DNA from: Spirochaetota bacterium
GTDB taxonomy: Bacteria; Spirochaetota; UBA4802; UBA5550
NCBI GenBank assembly: GCA_042569985.1
Contig: JBHPHB010000001.1
Location: 1,600 to 65,599, forward strand
DNA: 64,000 bases
Direction: 5' to 3'
Within the stretch, counting starts at the first letter, position 1; each line of letters starts with the position of its first letter. Under the pieces are notes generated by a model. The model was given only the letters and a program-made list of their open reading frames with translations, was not told where the DNA came from and ran no database searches. A program made the position numbers and the translations under genes. Below, piece by piece: positions 18,712 through 29,173 of this stretch.

Positions 18712-19515
18712 ATGGCTAATAAAATTCACCTTCTTGTAATTGACGGTCAATTTGATTTTTGCGATCCCCGGGGAGCCCTTTATGTGCCCGGAGCAGATGA
18801 AGATATGAAAAGGCTTTCGGAAATGATAAAAAAGGCAGGCGATAAGATCGGCAATATCAGTGCAACTCTTGATACACACAGGAAGGTACACATTGCCCAT
18901 CCCATCTGGTGGGTTGATCCAGATGGGAATCATCCCGATCCTTTTACTCAAATTAGCCTGGAAGATGTTGTTGGCAGTAAACCCACCTGGTTTTCATTTA
19001 ATCCTGATTACCAGGAAAGGTCAATTGACTATGTAAAAAAACTGAAACAAAACGGGAGGTATACCCTGACCATCTGGCCCCCCCATTGCCTCCTTGGAAG
19101 CAACGGGCACAAGGTATTCACTGAACTTTATGATGCATTTGATACATGGGAGGACCATCTGAGGGGAGTTAGTTATACAATTAAGGGCTTCAACATGTTT
19201 ACTGAACACTATTCGGCGGTGAAAGCTGATGTTGAAGATCCCTCGGACATGACTACAGGCCTTAACAGTTTTTTTATCAGTTCAATTAATGCTTCCGATA
19301 CCGTTGTAATTGCAGGCGAGGCATTGTCCCACTGTGTCGCCAATACTATCAGGGACGTTGCTGATGAAATAGGTGAGGGCGGAATTAAAAAGCTTGTTCT
19401 TCTTGAAGACGCCAGTTCTTCGGTCCCCGGTTTTGAAGATGAGGGAAAAAAGTTTATCAAAGAATTAAAGGGCCTGGGGATGCAATTATCCAAAACAACG
19501 GAATTCCCGGGTTAG
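18712..19515 (+). CDS. pncA: Isochorismatase-family hydrolase, probable nicotinamidase
   Basis: Isochorismatase-like N-terminus LLVIDGQFDFCDP. Immediately downstream of pncB-nadE. aggag RBS 7 nt before ATG at 18712. Function inferred from operon context. Confidence 0.6.
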   Translation: MANKIHLLVIDGQFDFCDPRGALYVPGADEDMKRLSEMIKKAGDKIGNISATLDTHRKVHIAHPIWWVDPDGNHPDPFTQISLEDVVGSKPTWFSFNPDYQERSIDYVKKLKQNGRYTLTIWPPHCLLGSNGHKVFTELYDAFDTWEDHLRGVSYTIKGFNMFTEHYSAVKADVEDPSDMTTGLNSFFISSINASDTVVIAGEALSHCVANTIRDVADEIGEGGIKKLVLLEDASSSVPGFEDEGKKFIKELKGLGMQLSKTTEFPG

Positions 19516-19588
19516 ATTGGTGAACGTATCAATTTATTTTATTGATTGAGAACGTATAGTTTTCAGGTATTGAAGATGCGGCCTGGAT

Positions 19589-19939
19589 TTATCCGGAAGA
19601 ATGTATTTTTTCCAGGTTATTCCTTGCATCAGGATTGGGGAATGTTTTAAGAAAATCGTCAAGTTTCCCGCAAGAATAATTACTGCAAAGCCCGCAATTA
19701 TTTAAAGATTTTTCCATTCCGCAAATTCTTATCTCACAGGAAGAACAATGGATAAAATGGTTTCCTTCTTTTTTTAAGCATCCCACACAGTTTATATCCT
19801 CAGGTTTAAGCTCTTTCTGCATGGCCTGTGACCACTGTTTTGCTATTTTTTTTCTCTCGTCATCGTCATCACCTACAGTGGCAATATAGACAGGGCACTT
19901 CCCGCAGTCCAATCCGCATATTGAAATCATCTCTTTCAT
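19589..19939 (-). CDS. Cysteine-rich DUF3795-like protein
   Basis: CGLDCGKCPVY start and multiple CxxC pairs (CVGC, CSSC, CGLC). Family assignment from memory. Confidence 0.45.
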   Translation of the reverse strand: MKEMISICGLDCGKCPVYIATVGDDDDERKKIAKQWSQAMQKELKPEDINCVGCLKKEGNHFIHCSSCEIRICGMEKSLNNCGLCSNYSCGKLDDFLKTFPNPDARNNLEKIHSSG

Positions 19940-20191
19940 GTTAATTCCTCCTTACCAACGCATTTTTAGAAAATAATTATGGATAATTTATTTATGAAGA
20001 ATTATTGTCATATTGTAAAAATATATAAATAATACCGGGTTGTCAAGAATGATGGTATCTGAGGGAATAAATTTTCAAATCTTATTGTCTCCTTTTATGA
20101 AAAGTTCTTGAAAAAAACATAATATGTTTGTAATGCATAACTGTTTAATGAATAGTTGGTGAAGAATATGACTAAATAAGGAAGGTTTGCC

Positions 20192-20662
20192 ATGGGGTTA
20201 TTTGATAGAATTAAGGATATAACAGGCGATATTACAAGGAACATGGATTTAAGTGACAGCTTAACTGATGGCGTCACGGGCATTTTTAAAAATATGGGCA
20301 TGAGGGGCTTTATAGATTCCTTTAGAGATAACGGGTTGGAGAATGTTGTTAAATCGTGGATCAGAAAAGGGGATAACATACCCATTTCATCTGACCAGGT
20401 TAAAGATGTTTTTGGAGAGGATGAATTAGAAAAAATTTCCCAAAAAAGCGGACTTCCCGTTGATAATGTCACTGACTATTTAAGGGATATGCTTCCCGAT
20501 ATGATAAACAAGGTAACGCCAAACGGTAAGATTGAGGAAGATGACTTTGAATATGATAACCTCTATGATGAAGATGACGAATATTATATGGACGATGAAG
20601 ATGAGGATGAAGAATACCTTGATGAAGACGGATTTGACATGGAGGATGATGAGGAGTTTTAG
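20192..20662 (+). CDS. YidB-like (DUF937) protein with acidic C-terminal tail
   Basis: MGLFDRIKDITGDI... start typical of YidB family. aaggaagg RBS. D/E-rich C-terminus. Confidence 0.55.
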   Translation: MGLFDRIKDITGDITRNMDLSDSLTDGVTGIFKNMGMRGFIDSFRDNGLENVVKSWIRKGDNIPISSDQVKDVFGEDELEKISQKSGLPVDNVTDYLRDMLPDMINKVTPNGKIEEDDFEYDNLYDEDDEYYMDDEDEDEEYLDEDGFDMEDDEEF

Positions 20663-20893
20663 GTGAAAAAAAAGATTAGTTATGAAATTTCTTTCATGGG
20701 AAAACTTCTTGTTATGTTTCCTTTCCTTTTCTGTTTAATGATTTTTCTGTTAAGGATTACAAGGATCAATGGTGATAACAGAAATTATTCCTATATTTTT
20801 GGCGCAGTAATTGGATATTTAATTATATCATCATTAACAAGTTTTTCCATCTATATTTTAATTAAGAGAAGAGGAAGAGGGAAGAAGGTATAA
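20663..20893 (+). CDS. Small hydrophobic membrane protein, hypothetical
   Basis: GTG start abutting previous stop with gaggag upstream. Two TM-like segments. Confidence 0.3.
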   Translation: MKKKISYEISFMGKLLVMFPFLFCLMIFLLRITRINGDNRNYSYIFGAVIGYLIISSLTSFSIYILIKRRGRGKKV

Positions 20894-20898
20894 CTGTT

Positions 20899-21528
20899 TT
20901 ATATCCGGCCCACTTTGAAGATAAATCCTACTGATATACCATATGATACTTTTAGGGAGTTCTGGTCTTTTTCCCCAATGGATGCAATTCCAGATTTGTA
21001 GCCAAGGCCATAATAACCGAATTGACATATAAAATCGATAACCAGTTTTGTATCAAACGTGGTATCAACTACACAGCCCAGTGGCACATGGAGGCCGCCT
21101 GCAGAGTTAAAGTCCTTATTTGACGGCGGAGATTCAAAATAAAATCCCAGGCCTGCAGTTAGTGAAAAGATATCGTTAATTCTATAAAGATATTTACCCG
21201 CCATTGAAAATAAAAGATGATGAAGAGTGTGGTCATCGTTTGAGCTGTAGAGATATTGTATTCTGAAATCACCTACCAGGAAGTTTATGAAAATATTAAA
21301 CATTGCACCGGTTGATACATAATATCCGAATAATTTTTTTTCCTGCCTGGAGCTGCTTTCTGAAAACCAATCGGTGTACCATATGTTATTAAATCCGCCT
21401 CCAATTACCGGCCCCACGTATGTATAATATAATTGTTTTGATTCCTGTTCCTCCTGGCCGTAAAGGTTTGCTGAAAAAGTAATTCCCAAAACCAGGAGTA
21501 AAACTATTATTTTAATACATCTGTTCAA
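20899..21528 (-). CDS. Outer membrane beta-barrel protein (OmpW/OmpA-like fold, hypothetical)
   Basis: Signal peptide. Alternating amphipathic beta-strand pattern. Aromatic-rich C-terminal strand. Confidence 0.5.
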   Translation of the reverse strand: MNRCIKIIVLLLVLGITFSANLYGQEEQESKQLYYTYVGPVIGGGFNNIWYTDWFSESSSRQEKKLFGYYVSTGAMFNIFINFLVGDFRIQYLYSSNDDHTLHHLLFSMAGKYLYRINDIFSLTAGLGFYFESPPSNKDFNSAGGLHVPLGCVVDTTFDTKLVIDFICQFGYYGLGYKSGIASIGEKDQNSLKVSYGISVGFIFKVGRI

Positions 21529-21539
21529 ATATTTTTACC

Positions 21540-22148
21540 TTATCTTATGTTGAGAGGATTATTGACAACCTGTGCGCTGGATGGGACATTAAAGTTGAAC
21601 AGGCTTTTCATAACACTGGCTTTTCTGTCTACATTTGAAATGGTGAAGCTGACCCCCCCTCCTTTACCTGTCTTGAAGACAGCTTTCTTTAGAAAGAATG
21701 ATCTATCCAGAACTAAAACAATTTCATTATATCTTTTGTCATTACTTTTTAGTTTTATTGTATATCCCGATGAGCTTTGGGAGGATAAAATTGCAAAGTA
21801 ACCCTTTGTCATGCCTGCTATCCCTCCGGAAGAGCCCCTTGAGAGTTCCTGTATACCGCAAATATTACTGGAGGGATTATAAACCCAGAGTTTTTTCCCA
21901 TTGGATACCAGTATTTTACCCCTGGGTGTGCTGAATTTTATAAAAATTTTCCCCGGGCTTAAGTACTTGAAGCTGCCCGAATATGTCTGGCCGCTATTAT
22001 AGGTCCATGATATTATTCCCGTAAGTTTGCCTATACCGTACATTTTACCGCGAAACTTTGAAAGCGCTTCTTCACCTGTGAGTGAAAATACGGGTAAGCT
22101 ATATAGAATAACCGTGGAAGTAATAAATATCTTGATTATTAGGTTCAT
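21540..22148 (-). CDS. LolA-like outer-membrane lipoprotein carrier protein
   Basis: Signal peptide. ~200 aa. LWVYNP motif resembling LolA VWxYDP. Confidence 0.5.
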   Translation of the reverse strand: MNLIIKIFITSTVILYSLPVFSLTGEEALSKFRGKMYGIGKLTGIISWTYNSGQTYSGSFKYLSPGKIFIKFSTPRGKILVSNGKKLWVYNPSSNICGIQELSRGSSGGIAGMTKGYFAILSSQSSSGYTIKLKSNDKRYNEIVLVLDRSFFLKKAVFKTGKGGGVSFTISNVDRKASVMKSLFNFNVPSSAQVVNNPLNIR

Positions 22149-22324
22149 TTCATAAAATCCTTATTTGTATGTTAAATAGTATTAAAATATAAATGGTATG
22201 TATATAATTCAAGAAATAATTTAATAAAATACTTTTATTTCTTGAAAATTTACCGGTTATGGATTATTGAATTACTTTTAGCAGTAGTAAAGTATGGCAT
22301 ATTGAAAAAATACCTTTTCCGGAG

Positions 22325-23065
22325 ATGTGTATGAGCTTTAGAATGTTAAAAAGGATTATTATCCTGGTTTTGATAGGATTAACCGTTTATGCATCATTAA
22401 ATTACAGTAGCGACATTTATATCGGCTATATGAAGTTTTATTATAAACATGTCAAAAGAAAAAGCCTTAATGATATGATTTCTGATGCACGGAGAATGTA
22501 TAAAAATAAAAAGTATGTTAAACTGAATAAACATATTGAAACATTAATTATTGTTCATCCTGAAAACCGCCAACTAAAAAAGATCGCAGGATTTAATTAT
22601 ATCAAACTGGGACAGGAAGAAAGGGGTGTTAACCTTTTGCTTTCTTCTTTTGCAGGTGAGAAAATACCTGGTAATATCCTGCATAATATCATTCGAATTC
22701 TTTTTAAAAAAAAGGATTACATGCATGTGGTTGAAGTTCTGGATGATAATAATCACGGAAATGATCTTGATATGATGCATATGTACGGAATATCTTTGTA
22801 TAAAACCGGTGAATACAAAAAGGCTTTGGGCAAATTAATAAAAGTAGCCGGAAAAATGGAAAAGGATTATAAGCTTTTTTATTATATTGGACGGTCATTT
22901 GAAAATCTAAATGATTTGAAAAATGCAGCTAGATATCTTGACCATGCAAGAAAATTGAATTATCTTGATGCCGATGTGAATCAGTCTCTTGTGAGGGTTT
23001 ACAGGAAAAGGGGTAAATTGGAAATGGCAGAGATGATCCTCAGGGCACAAAAAAATATTCGGTAG
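22325..23065 (+). CDS. Membrane-anchored TPR-repeat protein
   Basis: N-terminal TM (IIILVLIGLTVYASL) followed by TPR-like helical repeats. Confidence 0.5.
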   Translation: MCMSFRMLKRIIILVLIGLTVYASLNYSSDIYIGYMKFYYKHVKRKSLNDMISDARRMYKNKKYVKLNKHIETLIIVHPENRQLKKIAGFNYIKLGQEERGVNLLLSSFAGEKIPGNILHNIIRILFKKKDYMHVVEVLDDNNHGNDLDMMHMYGISLYKTGEYKKALGKLIKVAGKMEKDYKLFYYIGRSFENLNDLKNAARYLDHARKLNYLDADVNQSLVRVYRKRGKLEMAEMILRAQKNIR

Positions 23066-23076
23066 GGAAGGTATTC

Positions 23077-24123
23077 CTAATTTTTCATGTAGGGAATTTT
23101 TATCTTTGTTGACATGCTATTTATTATTTTTTGAGATATTTCCTCAACTGAGCTGCCATTAATTCTGCCCTGAAGCAGGATGAGGTCTTTGTTTTTTAAG
23201 TCTATGCATCTCACCCATGCAGATGTTTTGTCTTTAAATCCAATTATAAGAAGATACCGCATCTTGTTTTTATATGCACTGGAGAGTTTTTCCAATATCT
23301 TGTTTTTTGTATCAAGGTATTTGTAATCGTACTTAATAAACATTTCTTTAAAACTTTTAACTTTATCCATGTATCTTTTGCTGCTCCACGTTCCATAGAG
23401 CAGTTTGGTTTTTCTTATATCAGTTATAATGTCATATGAATTGTTCTTTGTAAACATATATCTGTAAGCATTGATTATATCTTCTGTTACGACATTTTTG
23501 ATATAATTTCCGCCAACACCGTATACCCTGTACCCCTTTTTTAAAAAGGAATAATACATTTCATTTAAATATTCAGATTTCAGGTTAGTGATTATTCCCA
23601 GGCTGGCATTTTTTGGTATAAGTTTTGTCTGGTAGATGTTTTTCTTTTTATCCATAAAGCTGATAAGGATAAGGGTTATCCTGTCAACAAGCTTAAAGAT
23701 TTCCGTTTCCATTTTACCTACATTTGAAAAAGTTAAGACCCTGTTTGTCCCCCTGGCATATAATGTCATGACAATTTTTATCCTGTTATTGCTCAGTGGT
23801 GTAAAGTTGCCGTAAATAAACAGGTCGGAGTCAATTTTTTTTATTGCCTCGGGCAATTCAAAGAATTTATAATCCTTTTTTAACTTGATGTTGTATTTTT
23901 TCAGATTTTCATTGATCCGGTGGGGCTTTATTACATTGACATCAAAAATATTTTTTATTGAGTTTGCAAAGGAATTTGGGAAAATTGTTTGCAGGTAGTC
24001 ATAATTTTTGTTATCGGATTTATTTACAAGATATCCAAAAGCCATAAGAGGTTTTGAATAAACCTTTGATGCAGATGTGCCTACAATAAAAACCGAGAGC
24101 AGGATTATGACAATTGATTTCAT
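23077..24123 (-). CDS. Hypothetical secreted protein
   Basis: Signal peptide MKSIVIILLSVFIVGTSAS. No recognisable motif. Confidence 0.5.
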   Translation of the reverse strand: MKSIVIILLSVFIVGTSASKVYSKPLMAFGYLVNKSDNKNYDYLQTIFPNSFANSIKNIFDVNVIKPHRINENLKKYNIKLKKDYKFFELPEAIKKIDSDLFIYGNFTPLSNNRIKIVMTLYARGTNRVLTFSNVGKMETEIFKLVDRITLILISFMDKKKNIYQTKLIPKNASLGIITNLKSEYLNEMYYSFLKKGYRVYGVGGNYIKNVVTEDIINAYRYMFTKNNSYDIITDIRKTKLLYGTWSSKRYMDKVKSFKEMFIKYDYKYLDTKNKILEKLSSAYKNKMRYLLIIGFKDKTSAWVRCIDLKNKDLILLQGRINGSSVEEISQKIINSMSTKIKIPYMKN

Positions 24124-24699
24124 TTATCTTCTGGTCATGCTTTTGATAAAATGATCTACAATGGTTTCAATGTTATCACCATAACCTGTGGGATAATTTT
24201 CAAGCCATATTATTTCATTGTTTTCAAGGCTGATTACCCTGGCCCAGCTGACTTCTCCCCAGTCTCTTAGATCCAAAAGAATAAGGTAATTAACCTTCCA
24301 CTTGGTTTTAATCTCAGATAAGAGTTCAGCTTTGCTGATTTCGAAATTATACATGTGCAGTTTGAAAATATTATTATATGTTTTTTCCATGGAGAGCAGT
24401 GAGTTTGATGCATCACCGCTGAAGGATATTTTTTTAAGATCTGAAATGTCAAATATATCACCGAGCCTGTAAAAATCAGCGGCATTAATCGCTTTTACAT
24501 TAAAGCCCTTTGCAAGGAATTTAGCTAAAACAACATTCTTTATGTTATTTGGTGAATCAATAATTACTGCGACGCTTGATCTTGAAGGGATCGTCCTTTT
24601 GGTATATTTAACCGATTTTTTTGTACTGCAAGAAGACAAAATGAAAGTTAAAACAGTTAAAGATAATATTGTTATTCCCCATTTTTTATGTTTCAGCAT
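24124..24699 (-). CDS. Hypothetical lipoprotein
   Basis: Lipobox ILSSCSTKK. Abuts the upstream gene (stop/start adjacent). Confidence 0.5.
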   Translation of the reverse strand: MLKHKKWGITILSLTVLTFILSSCSTKKSVKYTKRTIPSRSSVAVIIDSPNNIKNVVLAKFLAKGFNVKAINAADFYRLGDIFDISDLKKISFSGDASNSLLSMEKTYNNIFKLHMYNFEISKAELLSEIKTKWKVNYLILLDLRDWGEVSWARVISLENNEIIWLENYPTGYGDNIETIVDHFIKSMTRR

Positions 24700-24785
24700 T
24701 TAACTACCTCTTACTATAATTATTTTAATAGAAGGAAACTCATATAATCTAACAAATGAATTTCCCTGTGTGAAAAATAATAGTT

Positions 24786-24822
24786 AAAACTGCTTTTGTT
24801 TTTTAATTACAAAAGCAGTTTT
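24786..24822 (-). terminator. Rho-independent terminator (14-bp perfect stem) after the SurA-like gene
   Basis: aaaactgcttttgt - 9 nt loop - acaaaagcagtttt. T-run on the minus strand follows. Confidence 0.6.
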
Positions 24823-24894
24823 AAAATATACACATAATATTATTATATAAAATTCTTTATAAAATGTCAAATAGAAAATGCAAAGCAAGTATTA

Positions 24895-25581
24895 TTATTT
24901 TTTCTTTTTGATGTCCTTTTTTTCTTTGGTTTTATTCTGTTCTTTGTTTTTATCCTTATTTTCTCTCATTTTTTTCAGGTAGTTCTTAAGGCCCTCTTTA
25001 TTTACCTTGCTTTCAGCAATTAAAGTCATCAGGTATTCATTGGATTTGAGCTTTGATTTTTGTAGAAAGATTTGCTGTTTTATTCTTCTGATTATATTTT
25101 CGTCAATGGGTACGCCTCTGAAAAGTTTTTTATTTCTTTTATAAAACTTTTCAACTTCCTCGTTTGTGACTTCAACTTTACCCTTTAATTTTTTGCCAAG
25201 ATAGTATGCCGAAACGGCCTGCATCTTTCCAATTTCCTCTGCAATTTTAAGTTCCTTTTGATCTACCGTATCATCTTGAAAAGCTTTTTTGTAAAGAAGT
25301 TTCTGTGCAATGAGTTGATCGAGGAAAGTCGTTTTAACTATATACTGTTGAACCTGGGGACTCAAAACTGACGTGTCTTCTGCAAGCTTATCAACTTCTT
25401 CATTTTTTTCAATGTTTAATAATAACTTGTTTTGGAGATAATAAAAACTCATGAACTCATCTATTGTTATTTTATCATCATCAATTTTTGCAGCCCAATC
25501 ATTACCGCTGAATTTACTGCATGAACTAAATGAAGTAATAAGAATAAAGAGAATTATTAGAAAAAGTCCTTTTGATTTCAT
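24895..25581 (-). CDS. SurA N-terminal-domain-like periplasmic chaperone lipoprotein
   Basis: Lipoprotein signal MKSKGLFLIILFILITSFSSCS if start is the internal ATG (25581). The longer ORF to 25635 is the alternative. Immediately downstream of mfd. Confidence 0.45.
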   Translation of the reverse strand: MKSKGLFLIILFILITSFSSCSKFSGNDWAAKIDDDKITIDEFMSFYYLQNKLLLNIEKNEEVDKLAEDTSVLSPQVQQYIVKTTFLDQLIAQKLLYKKAFQDDTVDQKELKIAEEIGKMQAVSAYYLGKKLKGKVEVTNEEVEKFYKRNKKLFRGVPIDENIIRRIKQQIFLQKSKLKSNEYLMTLIAESKVNKEGLKNYLKKMRENKDKNKEQNKTKEKKDIKKKK

Positions 25582-25664
25582 ACTAAGATATCCTTTTTTA
25601 TTATTTTTTGAAGTGCTAATTAAAAATAAATTCATATAATTTTAATTTTATAGAAGTAAAATAG

Positions 25665-28600
25665 TTATTGTGATATTTGTTGCAACCACTTTTTTAGCTC
25701 AACAAGCTTTTTTTCAACATTTTTCATATTTGGCCTGAATATGAGGATTTCATTATTTTCAGGATCAACCGAAAGCCTTGGATCAATTTTTATTTGTTCC
25801 ACCAGTTTTTTAAGATCAATTTTCGATTGTTTTGAAATTTTTATTTTTATAGATTTTGAATCCTCAACAATTTCTTCGATTAGTAAAGACGATGCCAGTG
25901 CCCTTAACCTTTCCAGTTCGATCAATATTTTTACTTCCTCCGGGGGTAACCCAAACCGGTCGATTAACTCTTCAGTTAGTTTGTCCACTTCGGCTATACT
26001 CATGCAGGATTCATATCTCTTGTAAAATTCAATTTTCTGTCTTTCATCATTTATGTAATTATCGGGAATATAAAAATCTGTATTTATAAACAGGGGAGTG
26101 CGGAAAACCGTTGAGACCTGTTCTCCCTTGAGTTTTTTAATTGAATCCTCAAGCATTTGGCTGTAAAGGTCAAAGCCCACATCCATTATGCTTCCCGATT
26201 GTTCTTTGCCCAGGATGTTTCCGGCACCTCGTATTTCGAGATCCTTCATGGCTATTTTAAAACCGCTTCCCAGCTCGGAGTACTCAGATATTACCTGCAG
26301 CCTTTTCTGTGCTTCTTCGGTGAGTGCAACGTGCTTTGGGTAAAACAGATATGCATATGCCTTAATGGTTGACCTTCCCACCCTTCCTTTAAGCTGGTAC
26401 AACTGGGAAAGCCCGAATGTGTCGGCCCTGTTGATAATTATTGTATTTACATTGGGAATGTCAAGGCCCGACTCGATTATTGTAGTAGACAGGAGGAGGT
26501 CATATTTTTTGTTCATAAAGTCTATCATGATATCCTCAAGTTCATGTTCATGCATCTGTCCATGGGCTACGGCAATTGAAATTTCGGGCATAAGTTTTTC
26601 CAGCATTGCAGCATGGGCATCAATCGTCTTAACCCTGTTATGCACAAAGAAGACCTGTCCGCCCCTTTCCACCTCGTTTAGGATTGCCATTCGAAGAATA
26701 TCGGGGTTGTCTTCCATTACGTAGGTTTCTATTGACTGGCGGTTCTCAGGAGGTGTGGCAATAATGGAAAGGTCACGTATTCCAGCAAGAGACATGTGGA
26801 GAGTCCTCGGTATGGGTGTGGCGGTAAGGGTTAATACATCAACCAGTGACCTGAATATTTTCAGCTTTTCCTTATGCCTCACGCCGAATTTCTGTTCCTC
26901 GTCAATTATGAGGAGCCCCAGGTTTTTAATTGATATGTCCTTGCCCAGCAGTGCGTGGGTGCCGATGATAATATCAATTTGTCCCAGGGAGAGTTTTTCC
27001 CTGGCTTCCCTGATTTGTTTTGGGCTCCTGAACCGTGATATCATGTCAATCTCAATGGGGTAATCTGAAAATCGTTTAACAAATGTTGAAAAATGCTGCA
27101 TTGCTAAAATTGTTGTTGGTACCAGTATTGCCACCTGCTTGCCCGCCATTACAGATTTAAATGCAGCCCTTATGGCAATCTCTGTTTTGCCAAAACCCAC
27201 ATCACCGCATATTAGCCTGTCCATGGGCTTGTTTTTTTCCATGTCATCCTTAACATCTTCAACGGCGGTAATCTGGTCCGGAGTTTCCTCGTACTCAAAG
27301 AGGGTTTCGAATTCCTCCTGCCATGAAGTGTCCGGGGGGTACTGAAATCCTTTTAGGGCGCTTCTCTTTGAATATATCTGGAGGAGTTCCTTTGCTATCT
27401 CTTCTGCAGCCTCCTGCGCTTTCTTCTTAATCCTGTTCCATGCTGATTTTTTGCCAAGACAGTCTATCCTTGGTTTTTTGCCTGTCATGCCGATATATTT
27501 CTGCACCATTGTTATCTGGTCCAGCGATACATAGAGCTTATCGCTTTCGGCATATTCGATCATGAGGAAGTCTCTTTCAATACCTCCGGCGGACATCCTT
27601 TCAATTTTTTTAAATATACCTATTCCATGGTTGATATGTACAACGAAATCATCGGGTTTAAGGTCGAGAAAGGAATCAATGGGCCTGGATGTTTTTTTCT
27701 TAAACTGTTTTTTCTTTCTGTAACTTTTACCAAAGATCTCATTGTCCGAAATTATCGTAATTTTGCTGTCCTTTAGTTCGAGACCCTCTTTGTAGGGGGA
27801 AATTATAATATTAAACGGGTTGTCTTTATTGATAACCTCGAAATTACTGTCCGGTTCAAAATCGCTTAAAAGATCATATAACCTTCTTGCCTGTCCTTCG
27901 AAACCGGTAGTAACAATTACCTTCCAGTTATTTTTAAGCCTCTGTGAAATTTCTTCTCTAACAAATTTCATTTTTCCCTGGTAATTGGGAATGCTCTTCA
28001 TGTTCCATTTCAGTGATTCCGCAGACGTGGTTATTGCCTGCAGCTGAATGGACCTGTTAAGGGTTTCGTCAAAAGTATTGGTGTCCAGAAGTTCATCGGG
28101 CTTAAGGCAAAGTGTTTTGTCCTTTTTCTTTTTGTAGAGGTCTCTGAATATTTTTTCCGTCAGGTTCTTTTTAGAGATAAGTTCCTGGGTTTCTAAAAAG
28201 ATTACTCTATGCTTTTCCGGAAAGTATGACGGCAGGTTAGTATCCTCAATTATCAATGGGAATATATCTTCAATGCCCCTTATTTTATCGATCTTTCCAT
28301 CATCAATTTGATTTTCAATCTCATCGGTGAGTTCCATACCCTTTTGGGATGCTTCTTTTAGTATTTTGTATATTTTTTCCTTCTCCTTTGAAAAGAGAAT
28401 GAGTTCGCGCCTGGGATAAATGGTTATCGATTTGAGCTTTTGAATTGACACCTGGCTTCCAATATCAAATTCCCTTATTGATTCCAGGGTGTCTCCGAAG
28501 AAATCCAGCCGCACGGGATTTTCCTGCGAGGGAAGAAAGATATCTATAATTCCCCCTTTAACCGAAAAGTGGCTGAATGCTTCAACCCTGAACTCCCTAG

Positions 28601-29105
28601 TGTAGCCGTATGTTACAAGCATTTCAACCAGGTCGTCAAAGGGATAGTCGTCTTTCACGTTAAGGGTAACGCCTTTTTGGATGAAGTAACTCTTGTGGGG
28701 CAGTTTCCTTATGAGCGATTCCACTGTAGTAATGATTATCATTGGAGAACCCTCAAGCATCCTGTAAAGGGAAGTGATCCTGTGGCGCTCAACAGATTCT
28801 ATGGGTGAAACGAATTCGTAGGGCAGGGTCTCCCATGGTGGAAGTTTGCAGACCCGGCTTTCGTCAACAAGACAGGTGAGGTCTACGTAGAGTTTCTGCA
28901 TCTTCTGGGAATTTTCGGTGACTATTATTATTTGCTCTGAGCAGTGGTTATAGATTGATGCAATTATTACGGGAAAGGAGGACGGCGCAATGCCTTCAAT
29001 GAGGAGCTCGCTACCGGGGGAGGTATTAAAATATTTTATAAATTGCTTAAATTCTTCGGATGAAGAGAATTCATCTATAACAGATTTCAGTATCATAGAT
29101 GACAA
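25665..29105 (-). CDS. mfd: Transcription-repair coupling factor
   Basis: 1146 aa. Superfamily-2 helicase motifs GDVGFGKTE, DEEQKFG, LTLTATPIPRTL. UvrB-homology N-terminal region. C-terminal TRCF domain. Confidence 0.95.
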   Translation of the reverse strand: MSSMILKSVIDEFSSSEEFKQFIKYFNTSPGSELLIEGIAPSSFPVIIASIYNHCSEQIIIVTENSQKMQKLYVDLTCLVDESRVCKLPPWETLPYEFVSPIESVERHRITSLYRMLEGSPMIIITTVESLIRKLPHKSYFIQKGVTLNVKDDYPFDDLVEMLVTYGYTREFRVEAFSHFSVKGGIIDIFLPSQENPVRLDFFGDTLESIREFDIGSQVSIQKLKSITIYPRRELILFSKEKEKIYKILKEASQKGMELTDEIENQIDDGKIDKIRGIEDIFPLIIEDTNLPSYFPEKHRVIFLETQELISKKNLTEKIFRDLYKKKKDKTLCLKPDELLDTNTFDETLNRSIQLQAITTSAESLKWNMKSIPNYQGKMKFVREEISQRLKNNWKVIVTTGFEGQARRLYDLLSDFEPDSNFEVINKDNPFNIIISPYKEGLELKDSKITIISDNEIFGKSYRKKKQFKKKTSRPIDSFLDLKPDDFVVHINHGIGIFKKIERMSAGGIERDFLMIEYAESDKLYVSLDQITMVQKYIGMTGKKPRIDCLGKKSAWNRIKKKAQEAAEEIAKELLQIYSKRSALKGFQYPPDTSWQEEFETLFEYEETPDQITAVEDVKDDMEKNKPMDRLICGDVGFGKTEIAIRAAFKSVMAGKQVAILVPTTILAMQHFSTFVKRFSDYPIEIDMISRFRSPKQIREAREKLSLGQIDIIIGTHALLGKDISIKNLGLLIIDEEQKFGVRHKEKLKIFRSLVDVLTLTATPIPRTLHMSLAGIRDLSIIATPPENRQSIETYVMEDNPDILRMAILNEVERGGQVFFVHNRVKTIDAHAAMLEKLMPEISIAVAHGQMHEHELEDIMIDFMNKKYDLLLSTTIIESGLDIPNVNTIIINRADTFGLSQLYQLKGRVGRSTIKAYAYLFYPKHVALTEEAQKRLQVISEYSELGSGFKIAMKDLEIRGAGNILGKEQSGSIMDVGFDLYSQMLEDSIKKLKGEQVSTVFRTPLFINTDFYIPDNYINDERQKIEFYKRYESCMSIAEVDKLTEELIDRFGLPPEEVKILIELERLRALASSLLIEEIVEDSKSIKIKISKQSKIDLKKLVEQIKIDPRLSVDPENNEILIFRPNMKNVEKKLVELKKWLQQISQ

Positions 29106-29173
29106 TTTTACAGGATGAGTTATTCTTGCAAGTAAAATATTGGAATTGAATATATCCGGTAAATTGTGAATTT

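Noticed and set aside
20095-20472. 125-aa minus-strand ORF overlapping the YidB-like gene
   Set aside because: Antisense to a gene with a good RBS and a family-typical N-terminus.
25741-28808. Multiple plus-strand ORFs inside mfd
   Set aside because: Antisense to a 1146-aa gene with complete helicase motifs. No RBS or motif support.
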